From: Minisyncoccota bacterium
GTDB taxonomy: Bacteria; Patescibacteriota; Minisyncoccia; Phycocordibacterales; UBA9973
Length of the DNA: 64,000 nt
Reading direction: 5' to 3'
Assembly (NCBI GenBank): GCA_031291825.1
Contig: JARLIG010000009.1
Span: 65,281 to 129,280 of the forward strand
Shown: positions 57,836 to 64,000 of the stretch, piece by piece
Layout: each line of letters starts with the position of its first letter
Numbering within the stretch: the stretch's first letter is position 1
Made by a program: the position numbers and the translations under genes
Notes under the pieces: model-generated
Told to the model about the DNA's origin: nothing
The model's input: the letters and a program-made list of their open reading frames with translations, nothing else
Database searches by the model: none

Positions 57836-58357
57836 ATGGACAAGGAAAATAATAAAAATATGAATATTGTTTTGGCAGTGATAATCTGTTTAGCAGTAGT
57901 GGGGATTCTGGTTTTTATCAGCATAAAAAATAAAGTAAATATGGCTTCAAACAATAATGTCACAAATAATCAACCTAGTGGCACCGATAATACTATTAAC
58001 ATTCCAACCACCCCATCAACTCCAACCCCTGCTCCCACCGAAAACACCACAGCCGGCGACGTAGCAAAGACTGGAGATACTGTTTCGATGAACTACACCG
58101 GAAAATTAGCAGACGGAACTGTTTTTGACTCAAACATAGACCCAAAATTTGGTCACGTGCAGCCATTTGTTTTTACTCTTGGCGCGGGGCAAGTCATTCC
58201 TGGATGGGATACTGGAATCGTCGGAATGAAAATTGGAGAAACAAAGACTCTAGTAATACCTCCAGCGGATGCCTATGGAGCAAATGGCTATCCTCCAACA
58301 ATTCCCCCAAATGCTACTTTGACTTTCGAAGTAACGCTTTTAGCAATTAAGAAGTAA
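57836..58357 (+). CDS. Membrane-anchored FKBP-type PPIase
   Basis: YTGKL, FDS, VIPGW, AYG, IPPNATLTFEV. Confidence 0.95.
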   Translation: MDKENNKNMNIVLAVIICLAVVGILVFISIKNKVNMASNNNVTNNQPSGTDNTINIPTTPSTPTPAPTENTTAGDVAKTGDTVSMNYTGKLADGTVFDSNIDPKFGHVQPFVFTLGAGQVIPGWDTGIVGMKIGETKTLVIPPADAYGANGYPPTIPPNATLTFEVTLLAIKK

Positions 58358-58387
58358 CTTTTCACGCGAATAGCGTGAACAAAACAT

Positions 58388-59218
58388 ATGGATCTATTAA
58401 AATGCGAGAAATCTAGTCTCTTGAAAGCTCTTTTTGTCTTAGCTCTAATTTTGTGTCTGTATTTTGCTATCCAAACAATTTCTGAAATTAAAAATTATAA
58501 CGATGTTCCAGCCGACGTAACAGTAAACACCATGAGCTTTGACGGAGAAGGAGATGTTTCGGCTGTACCAAATTTGGCAACCATTAGCTTTACGCTCGTA
58601 GGAGATGCTGCAAACATGCAAGATGCGCAGACCAAAGTCACAGCCAAGGAAACAGCTGTATTAAATTTTTTAAACACTGACGGTATAGCTAAAGGTGACA
58701 TACAAACACAAGACTATAGTTCATATCCTCAATATCAAAATCAGAATGCTGTTTGTCCACCTACGCCAATACCTATGTCTGGAGGAATTGTTTCTAATAT
58801 TGCTGTGTATTGTCCTCCTTCAAAACAAATTTTAACTGGATATGAAACTTCTGAGAATATTTCAGTAAAAGTTCGCGACCTCACAAAGGTTGGAGCTGTT
58901 GTTGCGGGTATTGGTACAATTGGTGTCTCAAATATAAGTGGTCCAAATTATTCCATTGAGAATCAAGACGCACTACAAGAACAAGCTCGTAAAATTGCGA
59001 TAACTAACGCTGAAGCAAAAGCGCAAACTCTTGCAAAAGACCTAGGTATCAATCTTGTCCGTATTGTAAATTTCTCTGAAGACAATGGCTCACCTATCAT
59101 GTACCCTAAGGCTATGGCAATGACTGTATCCAGCACCGCCAACGCTTCCGCACCAGCATTACCTACTGGAGAAAATAAAATTACCTCAAACGTCACAATA
59201 ACTTACGAAATAAGGTAG
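58388..59218 (+). CDS. SIMPL/DUF541 family protein
   Basis: N-terminal TM; GEGDVSAVP, ARKIAI..A..KA, VTITY. Confidence 0.85.
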   Translation: MDLLKCEKSSLLKALFVLALILCLYFAIQTISEIKNYNDVPADVTVNTMSFDGEGDVSAVPNLATISFTLVGDAANMQDAQTKVTAKETAVLNFLNTDGIAKGDIQTQDYSSYPQYQNQNAVCPPTPIPMSGGIVSNIAVYCPPSKQILTGYETSENISVKVRDLTKVGAVVAGIGTIGVSNISGPNYSIENQDALQEQARKIAITNAEAKAQTLAKDLGINLVRIVNFSEDNGSPIMYPKAMAMTVSSTANASAPALPTGENKITSNVTITYEIR

Positions 59219-59304
59219 AGTTGACTATTTAGGGAAAAAGAGTAGTATTAAAGAAGCCCTCCCGAGGGGCTTTTTTAAAAGCCTAAAAATTTTGAAAGAA
59301 ATCA

Positions 59305-59490
59305 ATGTCAAAAATTACTGAATATTTTAAAGAAACCAAAGCGGAATTAAAGCATGTTATCTGGCCATCCAGAAAACAAACCTTTTACTACACCCTAATT
59401 GTTATTATTTTGTCGGTTATCATCGCGTATTACTTGGGTGTTTTTGATTTTATCTTTTCACAAGGATTACAGAAAATAATAACACCTTAA
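59305..59490 (+). CDS. secE: Preprotein translocase SecE
   Basis: ELKHVIWP plus one TM. Confidence 0.95.
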   Translation: MSKITEYFKETKAELKHVIWPSRKQTFYYTLIVIILSVIIAYYLGVFDFIFSQGLQKIITP

Positions 59491-59494
59491 ATAT

Positions 59495-60040
59495 ATGTCT
59501 AAACAAGAAACAGAAGGAATTAGAAATTGGTATGCCATACACACCTATGCTGGATACGAAAACGTTGTCTTGCGTAATTTGCGTCAGCGTATTGATTCTC
59601 TTGGCATGAATGACAAAATTTTTAATGTTATTGTTCCAGTTGAGAAAAAAATAAAAATAAAAGCTGGCAAGCGCGTAGAAGTGGAAGAAAAGATTTATCC
59701 AGGCTATGTTTTAGTGGATATGGTTGTGACGGATGATTCTTGGTATGTAGTACGTAACACACCGAGAGTCACTGGCTTCGTTGGTGCTGGAGTCAACCCT
59801 GTACCCTTAAAAAAAGAAGAGGTGGACTATCTCTTCAAGAAAATGGACACAGGCACTCTCAAGCACAATATCGATATGGCTATCGGAGAAACAGTTTTGA
59901 TTAACGATGGACCATTTAAGGATTTGGAGGGCAAGATAAATTCAGTAGACCAAGACCGAGGTAAAGTTAAAGTTCTAGTTTCGATGTTCGGTCGCGAAAC
60001 TCCAGTAGAACTAGACTTCTTGCAAGTAAAGAAGATTTAA
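59495..60040 (+). CDS. nusG: Transcription factor NusG
   Basis: WYAIHTYAGYE, PGYVLV, FGRETPVEL. Confidence 0.98.
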   Translation: MSKQETEGIRNWYAIHTYAGYENVVLRNLRQRIDSLGMNDKIFNVIVPVEKKIKIKAGKRVEVEEKIYPGYVLVDMVVTDDSWYVVRNTPRVTGFVGAGVNPVPLKKEEVDYLFKKMDTGTLKHNIDMAIGETVLINDGPFKDLEGKINSVDQDRGKVKVLVSMFGRETPVELDFLQVKKI

Positions 60041-60062
60041 GGTAGATTAAGAAATATATAAG

Positions 60063-60104
60063 AGTCGCGCTAAAAGGACGATTGCGCGACATAATTTCGC
60101 AAAA
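60063..60104 (+). repeat. Family A hairpin repeat, copy 3
   Basis: AGTCGCGCTAAAAGGACGATTGCGCGACATAATTTCGCAAAA. Confidence 0.85.
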
Positions 60105-60112
60105 TTAATTAT

Positions 60113-60535
60113 ATGGCAAAGAAAATAACCAAAAAAATAAAACTACAAATTCAGGCCGCAAAGGCTACTCCTGCTCCCCCGCTTGGACCCGCACTCGGAC
60201 AGGCTGGTATTAACATTGGGGACTTCGTCACCAAGTTTAACGCAGCTACTGCCAAAATGGCTGGCGATAAAGTTGGCGTATCTATTACCGTCTACGAAGA
60301 CCGCAGCTATGATTTCGTCGTTAAGACTCCTCCAGTCACTGGTCTAATCCTAAAAGCGGCCGGTGTGGAAAAAGGTTCTGGTAAAAATAAAACTACTAAG
60401 GCAGGAAAGATAACTCGCGCTCAAGCTCTCGAAATAGCAAACAAGAAAAGAGTAGACCTAAATGCGAAAGATGATGAAGGTGCTATCGCAATCGTTGCCG
60501 GCTCCGCTCGTTCTATGGGCATCGATGTAGTCTAA
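60113..60535 (+). CDS. rplK: 50S protein L11
   Basis: [23 protein letters not shown]. Confidence 0.98.
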   Translation: MAKKITKKIKLQIQAAKATPAPPLGPALGQAGINIGDFVTKFNAATAKMAGDKVGVSITVYEDRSYDFVVKTPPVTGLILKAAGVEKGSGKNKTTKAGKITRAQALEIANKKRVDLNAKDDEGAIAIVAGSARSMGIDVV

Positions 60536-60553
60536 ATAAACTTAAAGTTACTA

Positions 60554-60589
60554 AACAAAGCACCCCATAAACAGGGTGCTTTGTTTTTT
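60554..60589 (+). terminator. Intrinsic terminator after rplK
   Basis: AAAGCACCC-loop-GGGTGCTTT followed by a T-rich tract. Confidence 0.8.
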
Positions 60590-60614
60590 GTAGTTTTAGA
60601 GTATATTAGAAGGA

Positions 60615-61643
60615 ATGAAAAATGACATCAACAAAAAACCACTTCCTTACCTGACAGGACTTGTTCAAAAATTTGCATCCAAAATAGGAGCAAGGGTTGT
60701 CGTCGAACCAGAGTGGGGTTTTGTAGCCCAGATAATTTATAAAAATGGAGTAGTCAGATCAATCAGATATCTTTCGTTGGATTTAAATCACATAGCTGCT
60801 TCAGACATAGCCAAAGACAAGGACTATGCTAAATTTTTCATGCAGAAGAGAGGCTATCCTGTAGCAGAAGGAAAAACAGTTTTTAAAGATTCTTGGGCAA
60901 ATTCCATAAAGAGTACTCGCAAGATTGCTTATGGCGTGAGCTACGCAAAAAAACTCGGTTATCCTGTCATCACAAAACCAAACAGCCAAAGCCAAGGTTC
61001 TGGAGTTTCTGTGGTCTGGAATGAAAAAGAATTAATTTCATCTCTAAAAAAGATTTTCAAAATTGATAAAGTAGCCATTGTCGAAAGATATTTACCAGGA
61101 CATGATTACCGCATTGTTGTATTAGATAAAGAAATTATTTCCGCTTACGAGCGCATTCCCCTTTCCGTCACGGGAGATGGGAAAAATTCTGTCTTGTCAC
61201 TTTTAAAAGAAAAACAAAAACAATTTTTAACACAAGGACGAGACACAAAAATAAATTTTGCTGATCTAAGAATGAAATTAAAATTGCAAAGAAAGGGATA
61301 TTCTTTTAGAGATATCATTCCAAAAGGCCGCCAAGTTTTCTTGCTTGATAATGCAAATTTATCTACCGGCGGAGATTCTATAGACGTTACAAAAAATATT
61401 CATCCAAATTTCGCTAAAATTTCCAAAGAACTTACCAAGTCTATGGGTCTGCGTATGGCGGGAGTGGATATTATGGTCACTAAAGGAAACATTACCCAAA
61501 ATCCCAAAGATTGCAGTTATTATATTATTGAAATCAATGCTGCGCCGGGTTTGGACCATTATGTAACAACTGGAAAGGCACAAAAAAGGAAAGTGGAAGC
61601 AATGTATTTGAAAGTCTTAAAAGCACTTGGAAAGAAAGACTAA
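60615..61643 (+). CDS. Second cyanophycin-synthetase-like ATP-grasp protein
   Basis: YPVITKP, GHDYRI, GDGK, ANLSTGG, GVDI, IEINAAPG. Confidence 0.8.
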   Translation: MKNDINKKPLPYLTGLVQKFASKIGARVVVEPEWGFVAQIIYKNGVVRSIRYLSLDLNHIAASDIAKDKDYAKFFMQKRGYPVAEGKTVFKDSWANSIKSTRKIAYGVSYAKKLGYPVITKPNSQSQGSGVSVVWNEKELISSLKKIFKIDKVAIVERYLPGHDYRIVVLDKEIISAYERIPLSVTGDGKNSVLSLLKEKQKQFLTQGRDTKINFADLRMKLKLQRKGYSFRDIIPKGRQVFLLDNANLSTGGDSIDVTKNIHPNFAKISKELTKSMGLRMAGVDIMVTKGNITQNPKDCSYYIIEINAAPGLDHYVTTGKAQKRKVEAMYLKVLKALGKKD

Positions 61644-61661
61644 TTGGAGTATATTATAACC

Positions 61662-61991
61662 ATGGTAGACCTTAAAGAACTGCAAAAAGAAGTCATCCGA
61701 AACAAGGTAGAGAAAGGTTTCAACACTACAAATACCGCCCTAGAATTTTGCCGCGCATACGAAGAACTTTCCGAAGCTTTTTCAAAATTTAACAAAGGAC
61801 AAGATGGTGTAGCGGAAGAATTTGCCGATGTAATGATTTTCATCTTGGGAATGTGTGAAAATATGGGTTTTGATTTGGAAAAAGAACTCGTCGCAAAAAT
61901 AGAAAAAAATAAAAAACGTAAATATTTGAAAAGTAAATCTCCAGACGGAACCGATGTTTTTATTCGTGTCAAAACAGACGAAGACCCTTAA
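61662..61991 (+). CDS. MazG-like nucleotide pyrophosphohydrolase
   Basis: EELSE...EEFAD, KIEKNKKR; start moved to MVDL. Confidence 0.85.
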   Translation: MVDLKELQKEVIRNKVEKGFNTTNTALEFCRAYEELSEAFSKFNKGQDGVAEEFADVMIFILGMCENMGFDLEKELVAKIEKNKKRKYLKSKSPDGTDVFIRVKTDEDP

Positions 61992-61999
61992 TTTTTTAT

Positions 62000-62506
62000 A
62001 TGAAAAAAGTTACAAAAAAAATTACCAAGGACACCAGACCTTCATGGGATGAATATTTTATTAATCTAGCCGAAATGGTTGGCTCACGAGGCACTTGCGA
62101 CCGAGGTCGTGCTGGGGCAGTATTAGTAAAAAATAAAAGAATTCTTGCGACTGGTTATGTTGGTGCACCAGTGGGCTTGCCTAGTTGTGATGAAGTTGGA
62201 CACGAAATGCATACAGTCATAAATGAAGATGGAACTAAATCCCAACATTGCATCCGCACTGCCCACGCGGAACAAAATGCCATCAACAATGCAGCTAGGA
62301 TGGGAGTAGCGATAGAAGGTGGAACAATTTATTGCAAAATGACACCTTGTTATAAATGCGCTCAAAGCATTATAAATTCTGGAATCCTTAGAGTGGTAAC
62401 ATTAAAAGATTACCACGGAGCAAAAAGAAGCAAAGAAATTTTCAAACAAGCTAAAATAAAATTAGAGATTATCAACAAAGAAATTGAACTATATAAAAAT
62501 CAATAG
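62000..62506 (+). CDS. dCMP deaminase (ComEB family)
   Basis: RPSWDEYF, HAEQNA, PCYKC. Confidence 0.92.
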   Translation: MKKVTKKITKDTRPSWDEYFINLAEMVGSRGTCDRGRAGAVLVKNKRILATGYVGAPVGLPSCDEVGHEMHTVINEDGTKSQHCIRTAHAEQNAINNAARMGVAIEGGTIYCKMTPCYKCAQSIINSGILRVVTLKDYHGAKRSKEIFKQAKIKLEIINKEIELYKNQ

Positions 62507-62511
62507 TATTT

Positions 62512-63003
62512 TTATATAAATTTTTCATAAACAGAAAAAGTATAATCAAAAGGATTTTTTTCATCCTTTTTATGTTCTATGTGTGATATTTCATTCCAAA
62601 CGATTGGAATAATTTCTGGGAAAAAGATATCAGCGTCTTTATCTGCCGCATCTACGTGTGTAATATAAAGCTTTTCTGCAACTGGCATCGTTTGTGCATA
62701 TAATTCTCCGCCACCAATTATAAAAACTTCTTCTTGGTCATTTCCTACAATGTCTAACGCCTCACTTAAAGAATGCACAATCTCAACACCTTCTTTTTTG
62801 TAATTTGCGTCTCTTGTAATAACAATATTTTTTCTGTTTGGTAAGGGTCTTCCGATAGATTCAAAAGTTTTTCGTCCCATAATTACGGTATGGGCTAAGG
62901 TAATTTTTTTAAAATGTTCCATGTCCGCCGGCAACTTCCAAAGCAAGGTATTACTCTTCCCTAATTCGTTGTTTTTCCCGATGGCAGCGATTAATGAAAT
63001 CAT
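62512..63003 (-). CDS. folA: Dihydrofolase reductase (dihydrofolate reductase)
   Basis: MGRKTFESI, LPNR, IIGG. Confidence 0.97.
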   Translation of the reverse strand: MISLIAAIGKNNELGKSNTLLWKLPADMEHFKKITLAHTVIMGRKTFESIGRPLPNRKNIVITRDANYKKEGVEIVHSLSEALDIVGNDQEEVFIIGGGELYAQTMPVAEKLYITHVDAADKDADIFFPEIIPIVWNEISHIEHKKDEKNPFDYTFSVYEKFI

Positions 63004-63008
63004 AATAT

Positions 63009-63950
63009 TTAAACTGCGATAGGTGCTTTAATCCCCTCGTGCGGATTGTAATCAACCAATTCAAAATCTTCAATTGTAAAATCTTCAATATTTTTTTTAT
63101 CAGGATTTATTTTCATTTTTGGCAATGCTCTAATATCACTACGACGGGAAAGCTGTAGATTGGCCTGCTCTAAGTGATTTAAATATAAGTGCACATCTCC
63201 TCCGGTCCAAACAAATTCTCCGGCTTCAAGTCCACAAATCTGAGCGATAATCATAGTAAACAAAGAGTAGGAAGCGATATTAAAAGGAACACCAAGGAAT
63301 GTATCACAAGACCGTTGATATAATTGGCAAGAAAGTTTTCCGTCCACAACATAAAATTGAAAGAAACAGTGACAAGGAGGAAGGCCTGCCTTCGCCATTT
63401 CATCTATATCAGCCACATTCCAAGCAGACACTATTAGTCTTCGTGAATCAGGTGTTTTTTTAATTTCTTGTATAACTTTGGCAAGTTGGTCTATGTGTCC
63501 CCCATTTGGTGTCGGCCAACTTCTCCATTGATATCCATAAATTGGACCAAGATTTCCATAATCTTTGGCAAACTTTTCATCTGTTTTTATTTTTTCAATA
63601 AATTCCTTAATGCCGGCACTCCATTCTTCCGAACCAGTTTTGGGTACATTAATTTTATTTCTAATCAAGTAAGCCTTGTAAGGCCATTCATCCCATATAT
63701 GAACGTTATTGTCTGCTAAATATTTTAAATTTGTATCGCCACGCATAAACCACAACAGTTCATGAATGATTGATTTAATTGGAACTTTTTTAGTCGTTAA
63801 AAGAGGAAAACCATCAGATAAGTTAAAACGCATCTGATATCCAAGAATGCTTTTCGTACCCGTACCCGTTCGATCAGTCTTTGTTGCGCCATTTTTTATA
63901 ATGTGTTCCAAAAGATCTAAATAAGATTCATCAACATGTTTGCCTTGCAT
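63009..63950 (-). CDS. thyA: Thymidylate synthase
   Basis: DRTGTG, PPCH, YQRSCD, GVPFN, HLYLNH. Confidence 0.98.
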   Translation of the reverse strand: MQGKHVDESYLDLLEHIIKNGATKTDRTGTGTKSILGYQMRFNLSDGFPLLTTKKVPIKSIIHELLWFMRGDTNLKYLADNNVHIWDEWPYKAYLIRNKINVPKTGSEEWSAGIKEFIEKIKTDEKFAKDYGNLGPIYGYQWRSWPTPNGGHIDQLAKVIQEIKKTPDSRRLIVSAWNVADIDEMAKAGLPPCHCFFQFYVVDGKLSCQLYQRSCDTFLGVPFNIASYSLFTMIIAQICGLEAGEFVWTGGDVHLYLNHLEQANLQLSRRSDIRALPKMKINPDKKNIEDFTIEDFELVDYNPHEGIKAPIAV

Positions 63951-64000
63951 GAATAGATTATAACAAATAAAGGAAAAATAAAAAAACCGCCGGACCCCCA

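Noticed and set aside
1209-63719. Many antisense or nested 60-180 aa ORFs inside conserved genes
   Set aside because: Shadow frames of well-supported genes with no independent signals
1-64000. Genetic code 25 (TGA=Gly) or full AGA reassignment
   Set aside because: Conserved genes translate full length in code 11, TGA ends genes such as tsaC and smpB, and AGA occurs at a conserved Arg in EF-Tu
63980-64000. GC-rich stretch at the window end as an RNA gene or terminator
   Set aside because: Cut off by the window edge and cannot be assessed

Overview
An AT-rich window from a reduced bacterial genome using code 11. Gene content points to Patescibacteria/CPR, probably Parcubacteria: no rpmD at its usual site, no rplA after rplK, a CPR-type Cys-rich protein and a VirD4/TraM-like ATPase. 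It holds most of the str-S10-spc ribosomal cluster (minus strand), infC-rpmI-rplT, secE-nusG-rplK, smpB-ssrA-ftsH, recG, a B12 module (S-component, class II RNR, PduO), thyA-folA and five tRNAs. The main signals lie outside the ORF track. (1) A ~2.1 kb array of small promoter-SD-sORF-hairpin units and two candidate sRNAs splits rplB from rpsS; three units share a TTGTGT-N16-TATAA(A/C)T promoter. (2) tRNA-Ser(ACU) sits head-to-head with tRNA-Ser(GCU), and there is a tRNA-Ile(UAU). (3) A compact 6S-like RNA. (4) Three families of dispersed structured intergenic repeats, one nested inside another, plus heptamer microrepeats. (5) Widespread leaderless gene starts. All calls were made by eye; no database searches or folding programs were run.
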